Virus record (IMG/VR): IMGVR_UViG_3300049048_000052
Coordinates: 186,001 to 250,000 of that record
Length of the DNA: 64,000 nt
Direction: 5' to 3' (one strand)
Part shown: positions 16,888 to 27,248 of the stretch, one piece after another
How the letters are laid out: every line of letters starts with the position of its first letter
Numbering within the stretch: the stretch's first letter is position 1
Notes under the pieces: model-generated
What the model was told of the DNA's origin: nothing
What the model saw: the letters and a program-made list of their open reading frames with translations, nothing else
The model's database searches: none
Program-made: the position numbers and the translations under genes

Positions 16888-16923
16888 TTTTATTGATTGA
16901 CCTTATAAGTTAGGTTAATAATA

Positions 16924-17151
16924 ATGTTGAAGGATAAATCACTAGTAGAGTTCCTAGTCCTAGCCGCTATATTTATAGCTTTAAGGGTTGCCCTAATAGC
17001 ATTTTCAGCTTGGGTAGCCCTTATTCTTTATAATAGCTTTGCCCCAGGACTATGGAGTGTTAGGGAAGCTACTTATAATGGGATGATACAACTCTTAGTT
17101 TTCTATGGAGTACTCTACGGTACTTGGGCATCTAGTACTAGTAAAGACTAA
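16924..17151 (+). CDS. small membrane protein, paralog of 16717..16887
   Basis: Two hydrophobic stretches and the shared motif. Confidence 0.75.
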   Translation: MLKDKSLVEFLVLAAIFIALRVALIAFSAWVALILYNSFAPGLWSVREATYNGMIQLLVFYGVLYGTWASSTSKD

Positions 17152-17223
17152 CTATAAGCCCGCTTGCACTTGCTAATTACATACTTCTGTACTAATCTAT
17201 ATGTGTATACGTATAATATAGGC

Positions 17224-17246
17224 TACTTAGGAATAAGTCCTAAGTA
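17224..17246 (+). promoter_or_regulatory. perfect 9-bp inverted repeat, a candidate operator or RNA hairpin just before the regulator RBS
   Basis: TACTTAGGA-ataag-TCCTAAGTA, followed by GGAGGT and the TTG start; an AT-rich promoter-like region (TTGCTA, TATAAT) lies upstream. Confidence 0.55.
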
Positions 17247-17258
17247 TGGAGGTACAAT

Positions 17259-17612
17259 TTGGCACGTGCGCATAGTGGGCTTGATAGCCTAACAAAGTAT
17301 CTAAAGACTAGGTTCCCCTGGAAGGAAGAATGGTATTGTGAAAGGCTAGAGGCAACCTTCACATATGAGGAAGTAAAGGAAGCCCTTAAGAGACTTAAGA
17401 AGACTGACCCTAAGTTGCATAGACTCTTAGAGTACCGTTGGCTAAGTCATAGGAGTAGATCGGCTATCGCTAACTCCCTATATATGGACAGTTCTACATT
17501 GAAGAGGTCCTGGGATAAGGCTATGAACACCATAGTTAATTGGTTGAATCATGGTATCCGTGAGGACCTAGTAGAAGAACTAGATGCTATAGATCTATTG
17601 CAATATGACTAA
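17259..17612 (+). CDS. RinA/ArpU-like or sigma region-4-like HTH transcription regulator
   Basis: LHRLLEYRWL..RSRSAIANSLYMDSSTLKRSWDKAM is a region-4-type HTH; TTG start with GGAGGT RBS. Confidence 0.65.
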   Translation: MARAHSGLDSLTKYLKTRFPWKEEWYCERLEATFTYEEVKEALKRLKKTDPKLHRLLEYRWLSHRSRSAIANSLYMDSSTLKRSWDKAMNTIVNWLNHGIREDLVEELDAIDLLQYD

Positions 17613-18306
17613 TACAGAAACTCTTATTAATAGTCTATTGTCCTTTAGGGATAGGTTCTCAGAACAACTGCTTAAGTCTAAGTTAGCAGGTGTTGATGTA
17701 TGGTCCGGACTCATGGAGGAGTTGGATGGTCTTATAGATGTATTTGATAAGCCTATAGAAATTGATCCTGCATATCTTAAGAAGTCCTCCATTATCGATA
17801 GGTTAGGCCTGGGCTTCCAGGTTATAAAGCTATATGAAGAGGACTATAAGGAGATACAGATAGGTGAGATTCTTACTAATCAGACAGGCTTAACTATCAC
17901 TACTGCTGAGGTTAAGAAGTGGCTTGAGATTAATAAGAATGATCTAACTATTAGTAAACCTGTGGCCCTTAAAGGTTCAGTCTTTGATACTCAGGCTAGG
18001 ATGCAAGAGATCTTTGAGGATTTATATATCCGTATAGATACTATTAGAGCTAAGAGTGAGGATGCCTATAAGGGTAATAAAGTAAGTAAGGATGAGGTTG
18101 AACTAGAGTATTTAAAAGAAGTAAGACAATTAGTTAAGGACGCCGCTAATATAGTATCAGCAGTGTCCACCATGAATAGGGTTAATGACTTCCAAAAGTT
18201 AGTCATAGAAGTAATAGGTCAAGTAAGTCCGGCCGCCCAACAACAACTATTAAGAAAGCTGAATGAGCATAGAGTAATTATGGGGAGTTTAATACCTCCT
18301 AGTTAG
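17605..18306 (+). CDS. helical protein, possible small terminase subunit (Mu gp27/DUF3486-like)
   Basis: KKSSIIDRL...I.E.L....G..IT...VKKW resembles the DUF3486 HTH and is followed by long helices; lies downstream of a RinA-like gene. Confidence 0.4.
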   Translation: MTNTETLINSLLSFRDRFSEQLLKSKLAGVDVWSGLMEELDGLIDVFDKPIEIDPAYLKKSSIIDRLGLGFQVIKLYEEDYKEIQIGEILTNQTGLTITTAEVKKWLEINKNDLTISKPVALKGSVFDTQARMQEIFEDLYIRIDTIRAKSEDAYKGNKVSKDEVELEYLKEVRQLVKDAANIVSAVSTMNRVNDFQKLVIEVIGQVSPAAQQQLLRKLNEHRVIMGSLIPPS

Positions 18307-21300
18307 TTCATCATTAGATGGGCCGTAGAAGGATCAAAAGCCTTATTAATTAAGTATTGTTTAGCTGTTGACTCTAAATCATTGTCAACAGCTTTTTGTT
18401 TGCCTACACTCACGTCCTCTTCCTTCTTATTGACTTTTAGACCCTGTTTAATGATGGGTTTATTACCAGTTTGTACCTGAGCATTAAAGTTAGTGCTATC
18501 TTCAGATCTAGATGTAACTGATTGTTTGGGTATACTTATACTAAACTCTTGATTCCTTCTAGCGGTTGTGGATGTTATTAAGGCATTAACCTCAGCTAAA
18601 TTACTAATGATACCGGCATCCTCAAGTTGCCTCATAGACTTAACATCCTTAACTAATATCTTGATATTAATATCGGATGTATTCTTAAGAACCTGAACAG
18701 CCTGGGCTGCTAGGGTCTCCTCGAATCTCCTCTCAGAGGCCTGTATATCCTTATAGTTATTAGCAGACTTAGCCATAGTACGCCACATATAACGACCTAC
18801 TATGGATTGGTTATAGTACTGAGCCCTTATCTCAAATTCCCTGGATATAGTACTATCAGCCATAAAGTTCATAGGTCTGATGTTACCAAGGTTACGTGAC
18901 CATAGATCCTTATATGGGCTGTCACTAACTGCTTGACCGTATAAACTTGGACTAGTAAATAAAGCAGCAGTTTGTTTCCCAGTAGGATCTGCAGCTCCTT
19001 GCAACAATGTCTTATACTCTGCATCTATAACCTGCTGTGCTGTCCCTATCATAAAGGGTGAACCTGGATGGGAGAAGCCATATCTAGGTTGCTCGGTTAT
19101 GCTATTAGGGGAGGAGGCTATCATTGCACCAATAGGCACACTACCTATCTTCCATGCGCTAACTACTCTACTAATGGTAGTGGCAACATTAGCTATTGCA
19201 TCTGGGAACATTAGGCCCAAGACTCCACCTACTCCAGCAGCAGCAAGACCTATAATACCCACCGCAGCCCAACCACCTACAGCACCAAAAGCTAATAGTC
19301 CAACTCCAAATGCAGCCCCCGCTAGTCCGGTACCTACCGCCATAGTGGCCCCTGCCTTACCCCTATCTCCTGCTATCATATGACTGACTGAGGGTAAGGC
19401 CTCACCAAAGAGGTAACCTACTCCATCGCTTACAGCATAGTAGCTATCACCTATAAACTTAGTGAAGCTCTTATAACCTGACGTGTTGCTAGCCTTATCC
19501 ATAGCAGGCGCTACAAACTTCTTCCATAGTGCTATACCCCCCGCTGTAATAGCTGCTGCGCCTAGTAATCCGAGTATTACTAATCCCACAGGAGGAATTG
19601 TTACACCCGTGGCAGCTGCTGTAGCACCGGTACCCGCTGCAGCACCACCTATAGTCAAACCCCCCGCCGCAAGTATGCCTGCCCACCAGGTACTTATTGC
19701 GGTCATAGCCTTACCTATTCCTAATGTAGCTAGGTAGCCCAGACCTATAGATGCAGTTACATTAGTAACCGTACTACCTGCTTCGTTTCTTATCAAAGCT
19801 AATTGGGATCTACTAATGTTAGGGTTATCTTGGGCGGCAGCTAAACGGCTAAAGCTTGAGAATATATCAAAGGCTTGGAACGTATCGGTTATCAAACCTA
19901 TTACGTTGACCAGTTCAAATAGGCCACCACCCCAACCAGCCTTAGCCTTTATAGACTTACTAAGTGTTCCTCCCCTAACTATCTCAGCAGGATCAGATAC
20001 TTTTACTGTTGTTGAGGTAGATATGGTACCTTTATTAGCCTTAGGTCTAACTGTAGATGACATAACGTTACCTGCAAATTTGATAACGTTCTCTATCTCC
20101 CCTTGTAGTGCTTGAGAATAATCAATGGAAACTACTCTACCCAGACCTCCTATATTATTTATTAGGTTACCAAAGGCAGGGGACTTAGTTACTTCCTGTA
20201 AGACCTTCTCCGTAAGTACTTTTATACTTGTGGTCTGGTCAGCATTCATAGAGTGGATGAGTTGTTGCTCTATCCTGTCAGACCAACCAAAGAAGCCCCC
20301 TCCTCTTACTTCCCTTTGGAGTACATCCTCTACAGTCTTTTCTAGAGACTTCTTAAGTTCCTCCTTAGCACCAACTAACTGAGGCATAGCCTTCTCTAGA
20401 TCCTGTGGGGTATCTAATCTAAGATTAGGATCACTAAGATCTAGGTCAGGATTAAGTAGGGCTACTAATCTTACTTTCTTACCATTTATATCTACTTGGA
20501 TATCTGTAATAGCCTCAAAGTAATTATCTACTAACTTGTTAAGTTGTTCTCTATACTCTACTCTAAGCTTATCTATATATTCAGATCTAGAGTCTCCTAT
20601 AGAGGGTGCCTGCTCAGCTAACTTCTGATTAACCGTAGTCCTCATATTATCCAGGAAGCTCTTATCCGCATCAGCACCATACATCTTACCCATATAAGAG
20701 TTCTGTATGGCTACCTCCATCTGAGCCATAGCATCATTGATAGCCTTAATATTAGATAGATCCCTTGTTGACCGACCAGTCAGTAAGGTGTTATTCATCT
20801 GGAAGTATCTGGAACCCTTATGCACAATTAGCTTTGGTCTACCACCTTCCTCCATAACAGATCCATATAAACCTCTCTGTTGTCTAACTGTAAAGGAGTA
20901 GGGTGAGTCTGGGGCTCCTCTTGTGCCTCCCTTGGTATACCAAGGCTCATTCAGTAGTCTGTCAACTTCCTGTTGAAGTTGATTAAATTGCCTCCTGGCA
21001 TTCATAGTGGTTAACATAGACATTCCCATAGTACCAACAGCGGCACCTAGGAATACGTAGAGTGGATACTGTAGGGGTCCTATACTAGAGGCTACCATAG
21101 AGAGTCCATAGGCGAATCCTGAAGGTATAAAGGATCCTTGACCGTTATCATCGCTAGGGACAAATGGACTATACATATCAGCCCATTGGCTAGGATCTGA
21201 TACATAGGTAGGCAGGCCTCTTAATCTACCTGTCTTAGCATCCTTCTCAAAGAACTTAGCGCTAACAATCTTAATGTCTCTAGTAACATTACCAAAACTA

Positions 21301-24300
21301 TCATTAAATATCTTATATAGATTCTCTCTATTACCATTCATCATATCCATAATGATGCCGACGGCGTCCTTATGGTTCATAGCCCTTATTAGCATGTCAC
21401 TTACCAAGGACTGACTAGGCTGGAAACTCATATGGGCCGTCATCTTACTTCTGTAATCTATAGCCCCGGCCACTAAGTCGTCACCACCTATAAGACCTAA
21501 TACAGACTCATCTACCTTACTAATCTTCCTTCTCTCCTTGAGAGGCTGAAGATGAGCGGTAACGCTCATAAGATTAACGGCTGCCTTCCTAAGATCCTTC
21601 TCAGCTAACTTGGATAGACCGCTCTCAGAGTTGGCAGCATTAGATACTGCCTTTAGGGCTTTTATAGTATTGATAGCTAGATCATTATTACCCGCGAATG
21701 ATTCCTTGAATAGGAAAGCAGCAGACATAGAATAGACTGCGGTAGATATATCCTGACCGGCGGATTGCATCTGAATATACATACTATTTCTAGTACCATA
21801 CTCACCAGTCCTGAATGTCACACCAAATAGGTTGTAGAAGTTAAGGAAGGCATTGGGTTCGTCTAGGATAAATAAACTACTTATATCCTTCCATATCTTG
21901 TTGGCACCTGAGTTTCTATCAGGTCCCTTAACTAGTTTCCTGTACTTAACTGGAGAAGCAGATAGACCGAATGAGCTGCCAGGTACCATAGGGGTGGGTA
22001 AGGGGCCCATACGTTCTATACTTCTATCCTGACCGGTTACTAATCTGAATGTGTCTGCTAATATAGAACCTAGATATTGTAAGGGTTTAATACCCGTATT
22101 GAAGCCAGTCTCTAGACCATCGAATATATTATTTATGGCCTCCCTATTCTGACCGCCACCAGTTAATAGGGCTGCAGTGGTTGCCGTGCCTAATCCTAAC
22201 CAAGCTAGACTCCTAATGGCCCTCCTACTTAGTAATGTAGGTCTTACCCTTCTGTTAACAGCGCCAGCCTTTCTAGCTAATGAGGATAGACCCTCTCCCA
22301 CATTAGGATCGTTATGATCACCCCTTATAATCTTTATGAGGGCATCCTTATCTCCATCAGTGGCAAGATTAAATACTTGCTCTCCACTGTCTACCTTCAT
22401 GGCATTGGTCTTAGCCATCTGTTGAGATATCCTATGGATATCCGCATCAGCCTTGGCATCAGGACTATTGGCGACCTCATGCATTCTAGATGCCATATCT
22501 ATAATATATGCACTATCCTGAGCCAGTGCTCTTTCATGTAGCTTCAACCACCAATGTCTAAGAGCCTGGACTCCTTTTGGTCCCGCAGGGGTATTCTTAG
22601 TCTTCTCTAGTATATTGGCATATGCATCTAGGGTATCTGCATTTGACATACCCATCTTACCCATGCCATAGGTGATGGATGTCATAGTGGCAGCATACAT
22701 ACTCATGACGCTGAGTCTATAAACTATATCCTCCCTACCATCATACTTGTCCATATCCCTAGAATAGCCAAAGTTAGGATCTGTAATGGCATAGGCTATA
22801 CCGGCAAATAGACCAAAGACCTTGGCTCTACCACTATGTCTCAAGTTATATATAGGCTTACCCATTCTGTTCCAGAGAAAGCTACCAGTAGATGCTACGG
22901 TCCTCTGTAAATGAGTGGGCATCCTGTTGTACATACCTCTAGCAGATAGACGGGCTAGTCTAGCTGCACTAGGTATAAGATTCTTAGATAGTTCGAATAC
23001 TTCTGGGCCTAATATGGTCAGGGCTGGTCCTACAGTAAAGGTTCCTAATAGGCCGCCCATAGTTATGTCAGCAGGATCCTTACGACCTAATAAGGCTGCG
23101 CCAGTACTTCCTAGTATGGAACCTACGTACATGCCCACCATACCTTTGAGGGCCAAAGACTTAAATAACTGGGCCTGTGTTGGGGCTTTAAAGACGGGAA
23201 GGCTCTTATTCATAGCATTAGCTATACCTCCGTAAACCCCCAGGTCAGCAACCGCCATACCCCTAACTATACGATAGGCTGTTGCCGGTATAGCCTCAGC
23301 AGCCCTAGTCCCATACCTTATAATCCTATTGGCTGTCTCATAGGATTTAGTAATGGAAGTCATGCTTATCATGCCAGGTTTGTAGCTACCAGATGGTCCT
23401 AGCTTGCTGTCTATAAGATTACTCAACATCTGGCCCACCGCTACAGTTAGGGTAGCAGTGCCTGTCAGTAGACCTACACTCTGTATGAAATCTATGGTGT
23501 TTGACTGTTCATTATATGCAACACCTAAGCCAAACATACCCCCACCCCTATATATCTTTATAGGTAGTTGGGTACTAATGGACACACCAAATATAGGGGC
23601 GGATTGGATACCTACAGAATAATAACTAGTTCCACCTTTGCTATTATCAGGCGCTCCATTAGGTAAAGTAGGACGACCCTTAATAGTCTCTGCTAAGAAG
23701 AACTGTATAAATGGTAGGGGTGACTGTTTAGCTATAACTTGTACAGTTGGGCCCATTCTATCTTGGTCTAATGCAGGTAGTACCTTTGATAGTTCACCGC
23801 CGTAGAATGCCGCCATTAACTCCAGGTTAGAGGGTCTTTGACCACTATCTAGTCTCTCCTTAACTAACCTCTTGAAGTTAGCTATCTGGCTAATGGCGCT
23901 AGCCATAGCAGGATCTACCCTATGCATTCCAGTACCAACATCGGTCAATCTAATACCGATTGCATTGGTTATAAATCCTAAGGCCCCTCCAGCTAGAGCA
24001 CCTAGTATTATACCTCTACCACTCTTGGTTAGAGACCCTAGACCTGCAGCCCCTGCTGCACCAAATATAAGAGGATCAAGACTACCCCTGCCACCCTCCT
24101 GGAAGAGACTACTGCTAGTAGATGTCCAGTTCCTAGAGAGCTGCAATAAACCTGCAGTAGCACTACGAGCCCCTTGGGTGGCTAACATACCTACACCAAA
24201 GACAATAGCAGTATTCCTGTTGATATCACCCATCATACGTATGACAGGTTTCTCATAGGTTATAGCCCCGTTAATAGCTACCTTACGGAATAACTGGAAA

Positions 24301-27188
24301 CTCCTAGTTACCTTATCTCCGTCCATCATGGCTAAATGGAATACGCCTGCTACACCTTTGGCGGCACCTTGCATATCCTCATCACTTATCAGCTTAAAGC
24401 CTATATTACCTTTAGTAACCTTAAGCAGGGCCTCGACAGCCTCACCCTTAATAGAATAGGGAACAGTCACTGGTCTCCTCATACCATGGGCAACATGTCT
24501 AGCCAGCATGAGCATACCCCCAGCATAGGCAGAGCTAACTAAAACGTTAGATGCCATCTCACTAGGAAATATGCTTATAGTCGGTAAGAAACGACCTGCC
24601 GTGAACTCAGGTGCTAGTCCATACTGACCTGTTGTGACTGAGGCTGCTATCTGGGTAAATATAGAGGCTCCACCTGATGACTGGAATAGCTCATTACCTA
24701 CTATGGCTATATCTAGAGCGAGGATGGCATACATAGCTATCTTGGCCTTTGATCTGGATAGACTAGGTTCGGAACCTATTCCAGGCCTTAGCAGATCCCC
24801 TGCAGTACTTGCGGTCATCTGCATTATCTTAGACTCTGCTATCCTTTCAGATAACTTAGATACAGTGTCTACCTCATAGCCATGTCCCTTAAGGAAATCC
24901 TCATATTCAATCATGGCATCGAATAGTTGGGTAGGTAATGCATCTAGCTTGAACGCTTTAACTACTCTAACGTCTCCGTTGTCACTCCATTCTAGGTTAG
25001 TGGCCCCTCCACTTATTAGGGATTCCTCTGCAGCTCTAAATGCAGATGTTACCCTATTAAGTTTCTTAGCGACTGCAGCCTGAGTATTAACCCTAGCAGT
25101 TCCCTCTACAGCCGCCATTTGAATGGCCCTAAATAGACCTTTAGCTTTTCTATGTATAGCAGAGCCTACATTATCGCTACCTGTGCCCGGCATGACCTCA
25201 GTCTTAGAGAACATACCACCTAATCCATTGGCACCCAAGAACACCTTCTGCATGTAGTCAGTTGCCTGGGCAAAAGATAGTATGTTGCCAACCATTAAAG
25301 GCTTAGCCCCTGATTCGTCTATACCTCCAAATATCCTCCAATTAAGGGGATTAAGTGGTACTGCATCAAGGACACCCTGTAATGCTCTAGCTACATTCTG
25401 CTGTCTCTCAGCACCTACGTTAGTAAGCATGATGACAGCCTCATCCTTACCTATAGTCTTAGCTAGCTTGGGATCCTGCAGAGCATCGTATAAGTCCTGA
25501 AGATTACCGAACTTATTGTTATGTACCTGTAGACCTACAGGTCTACCAACCTCTGCTATAAGTTTATCTATAGCATCAACAAATGTTCTGGAATCCTCAC
25601 TACCTGCCCTATAAGGATTTATGTGCTCTACTAGGAACGGTTTGACTATGGTACTGAGTAATATCTCAGCCCTCTTTCTAAAGAAGGCTGAGTTAGCATG
25701 ATAGGGAGTTAAACTAAATGAACTTATATCATAGAATTCTTTATTACTACCTTGAAGGTCTATTAGTCTTTTAACTACAGAGGCCTTGAGGGATGTACCA
25801 TCCTTTTCACCCCAATGTTCTAGACCTAACCCCAGGTTAGCTGCGGCCCTTCTTCTAAGTGCTTCTGGCATAGTAGGACCATCACTAGCAAATGCCAGGT
25901 CAAGAAGATCCTGTGTCTGGTTCTTGAAGCTCTCCCCTAATATAAGGTTTAAGGGTTCCCCCACTGCCAGGTAGAGGGATACTGCTGCTGCAGAGCTTAA
26001 TGCTAAGTTAGTACTAAAGCCTAATAAGCTCTCAAAGAATCCAGCCTTAGGTTCTTTATATGAAGCACCCCTAGACATATCCTCTGATAACTTAGCAGAG
26101 TCACTCCTAGGATCTGTGTAATAAAGATAGGTCTTATCTAGTACTCTACCTATAGCGCCTGTGAGGGATGGTAGGAATCCTAGTTCATCTTTATACAATC
26201 TACCTAAGCCCACAGGCATAAACCAGTGTTCATTAAGCCACATACCCAGGCCGGGTGTTGTAAGCTCAACGTCAAACCTACGAACAGCGTAGGGTGTTTG
26301 TTGTTGGACTAGATCTGTCTTCCTAGCAATAGCTATTCTATATAGGGCGCCTAGGACTGCAGTATTATCATTATTAATAATCTCAGTAGGCATACCCCCC
26401 TGTCTCATCATATTGTTATGAAGAGCTACAGCATAGAAGTAAGAAGGGCCCATCTGTGAAGGGACTGATAGACCCCCTGTTACATTGGTGTCATCAAATA
26501 AGGTTACTAATTGAGGGTTATCTACGCCGTACTTCTGGGCTAGGTGAGTAGCATTGTAATAGGCTACCTGCCTCAGGTCTTCTCTACGAGATGTACCTAA
26601 TAACTGTAGAACACCGTTCTTATATTTAACAGGATTAACATAGTTACGATTTGAGTATATGCCCACACCGTTGACTATATTGGAGACGGCAATACCTTCC
26701 ATCTCCTCTGTCATTACAGTAGGATCATAGAAAGGATCTCCCTTAAAATAAGGATGAGCATAACCTCTCTTAAGTAGTTCCTGGGATAGATCTCTACCAT
26801 CCTCAGTCATTACCTTGGCAATAGGACGGCCATTGTTATCTAACCCTCTAATATAGAGGGTTACTTCCTTGCCCTCTACAAGAGACTGAGTATAATCTGT
26901 TGCTGCGGTCCCGTATGGTTGGGATCTTAGCTTATTAATCCTGCTTAATAGGTTACCATTATTCCAGAATTGAGAACCGTGAGCCGTCTCAGGTGTGTCT
27001 GCACCTGAGAGTCTAACGACTCCCTTAATATCAGGATCAGCAACGCTGAAGGTGTCGCCGTCTATTACTCTAGTAACCCTTGTTTTAACAATACGAGAAG
27101 TTCCAGTGGTGAATGAATAATTACCATTACCACTGGAACTGTCATTATTTAACAGGTTATCAAACTGTGAAGATATAACTTGAGGCAT
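18303..27188 (-). CDS. giant tape-measure-like virion protein (2961 aa) with an N-terminal thermonuclease (SNase) domain
   Basis: N-terminus RVIDGDTF, VRLSGADTPET, LD.NGRPIA, SQELLKRGYA; the rest is Ala/Gly-rich and helical with many glycine-zipper hydrophobic segments; located in the tail module. Confidence 0.75.
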   Translation of the reverse strand: MPQVISSQFDNLLNNDSSSGNGNYSFTTGTSRIVKTRVTRVIDGDTFSVADPDIKGVVRLSGADTPETAHGSQFWNNGNLLSRINKLRSQPYGTAATDYTQSLVEGKEVTLYIRGLDNNGRPIAKVMTEDGRDLSQELLKRGYAHPYFKGDPFYDPTVMTEEMEGIAVSNIVNGVGIYSNRNYVNPVKYKNGVLQLLGTSRREDLRQVAYYNATHLAQKYGVDNPQLVTLFDDTNVTGGLSVPSQMGPSYFYAVALHNNMMRQGGMPTEIINNDNTAVLGALYRIAIARKTDLVQQQTPYAVRRFDVELTTPGLGMWLNEHWFMPVGLGRLYKDELGFLPSLTGAIGRVLDKTYLYYTDPRSDSAKLSEDMSRGASYKEPKAGFFESLLGFSTNLALSSAAAVSLYLAVGEPLNLILGESFKNQTQDLLDLAFASDGPTMPEALRRRAAANLGLGLEHWGEKDGTSLKASVVKRLIDLQGSNKEFYDISSFSLTPYHANSAFFRKRAEILLSTIVKPFLVEHINPYRAGSEDSRTFVDAIDKLIAEVGRPVGLQVHNNKFGNLQDLYDALQDPKLAKTIGKDEAVIMLTNVGAERQQNVARALQGVLDAVPLNPLNWRIFGGIDESGAKPLMVGNILSFAQATDYMQKVFLGANGLGGMFSKTEVMPGTGSDNVGSAIHRKAKGLFRAIQMAAVEGTARVNTQAAVAKKLNRVTSAFRAAEESLISGGATNLEWSDNGDVRVVKAFKLDALPTQLFDAMIEYEDFLKGHGYEVDTVSKLSERIAESKIMQMTASTAGDLLRPGIGSEPSLSRSKAKIAMYAILALDIAIVGNELFQSSGGASIFTQIAASVTTGQYGLAPEFTAGRFLPTISIFPSEMASNVLVSSAYAGGMLMLARHVAHGMRRPVTVPYSIKGEAVEALLKVTKGNIGFKLISDEDMQGAAKGVAGVFHLAMMDGDKVTRSFQLFRKVAINGAITYEKPVIRMMGDINRNTAIVFGVGMLATQGARSATAGLLQLSRNWTSTSSSLFQEGGRGSLDPLIFGAAGAAGLGSLTKSGRGIILGALAGGALGFITNAIGIRLTDVGTGMHRVDPAMASAISQIANFKRLVKERLDSGQRPSNLELMAAFYGGELSKVLPALDQDRMGPTVQVIAKQSPLPFIQFFLAETIKGRPTLPNGAPDNSKGGTSYYSVGIQSAPIFGVSISTQLPIKIYRGGGMFGLGVAYNEQSNTIDFIQSVGLLTGTATLTVAVGQMLSNLIDSKLGPSGSYKPGMISMTSITKSYETANRIIRYGTRAAEAIPATAYRIVRGMAVADLGVYGGIANAMNKSLPVFKAPTQAQLFKSLALKGMVGMYVGSILGSTGAALLGRKDPADITMGGLLGTFTVGPALTILGPEVFELSKNLIPSAARLARLSARGMYNRMPTHLQRTVASTGSFLWNRMGKPIYNLRHSGRAKVFGLFAGIAYAITDPNFGYSRDMDKYDGREDIVYRLSVMSMYAATMTSITYGMGKMGMSNADTLDAYANILEKTKNTPAGPKGVQALRHWWLKLHERALAQDSAYIIDMASRMHEVANSPDAKADADIHRISQQMAKTNAMKVDSGEQVFNLATDGDKDALIKIIRGDHNDPNVGEGLSSLARKAGAVNRRVRPTLLSRRAIRSLAWLGLGTATTAALLTGGGQNREAINNIFDGLETGFNTGIKPLQYLGSILADTFRLVTGQDRSIERMGPLPTPMVPGSSFGLSASPVKYRKLVKGPDRNSGANKIWKDISSLFILDEPNAFLNFYNLFGVTFRTGEYGTRNSMYIQMQSAGQDISTAVYSMSAAFLFKESFAGNNDLAINTIKALKAVSNAANSESGLSKLAEKDLRKAAVNLMSVTAHLQPLKERRKISKVDESVLGLIGGDDLVAGAIDYRSKMTAHMSFQPSQSLVSDMLIRAMNHKDAVGIIMDMMNGNRENLYKIFNDSFGNVTRDIKIVSAKFFEKDAKTGRLRGLPTYVSDPSQWADMYSPFVPSDDNGQGSFIPSGFAYGLSMVASSIGPLQYPLYVFLGAAVGTMGMSMLTTMNARRQFNQLQQEVDRLLNEPWYTKGGTRGAPDSPYSFTVRQQRGLYGSVMEEGGRPKLIVHKGSRYFQMNNTLLTGRSTRDLSNIKAINDAMAQMEVAIQNSYMGKMYGADADKSFLDNMRTTVNQKLAEQAPSIGDSRSEYIDKLRVEYREQLNKLVDNYFEAITDIQVDINGKKVRLVALLNPDLDLSDPNLRLDTPQDLEKAMPQLVGAKEELKKSLEKTVEDVLQREVRGGGFFGWSDRIEQQLIHSMNADQTTSIKVLTEKVLQEVTKSPAFGNLINNIGGLGRVVSIDYSQALQGEIENVIKFAGNVMSSTVRPKANKGTISTSTTVKVSDPAEIVRGGTLSKSIKAKAGWGGGLFELVNVIGLITDTFQAFDIFSSFSRLAAAQDNPNISRSQLALIRNEAGSTVTNVTASIGLGYLATLGIGKAMTAISTWWAGILAAGGLTIGGAAAGTGATAAATGVTIPPVGLVILGLLGAAAITAGGIALWKKFVAPAMDKASNTSGYKSFTKFIGDSYYAVSDGVGYLFGEALPSVSHMIAGDRGKAGATMAVGTGLAGAAFGVGLLAFGAVGGWAAVGIIGLAAAGVGGVLGLMFPDAIANVATTISRVVSAWKIGSVPIGAMIASSPNSITEQPRYGFSHPGSPFMIGTAQQVIDAEYKTLLQGAADPTGKQTAALFTSPSLYGQAVSDSPYKDLWSRNLGNIRPMNFMADSTISREFEIRAQYYNQSIVGRYMWRTMAKSANNYKDIQASERRFEETLAAQAVQVLKNTSDINIKILVKDVKSMRQLEDAGIISNLAEVNALITSTTARRNQEFSISIPKQSVTSRSEDSTNFNAQVQTGNKPIIKQGLKVNKKEEDVSVGKQKAVDNDLESTAKQYLINKAFDPSTAHLMMN

Positions 27189-27248
27189 GTGTCGCTACTA
27201 TCCCTAATAGAAGTAAGTTAAGATGCTTACTCCCATATGTTGTAGGCG

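Noticed and set aside
19099-25974. Many 60-130 aa + strand ORFs inside the tape-measure gene, and similar antisense ORFs throughout both arms
   Set aside because: They are shadows of long genes on the opposite strand, with no RBS or recognisable motifs; an Ala/Gly-rich gene leaves antisense frames open.
27200-27235. Weak hairpin GAGTAAG/CTTACTT upstream of the tape-measure gene
   Set aside because: Short, AT-rich and without a U tract; compatible with chance.
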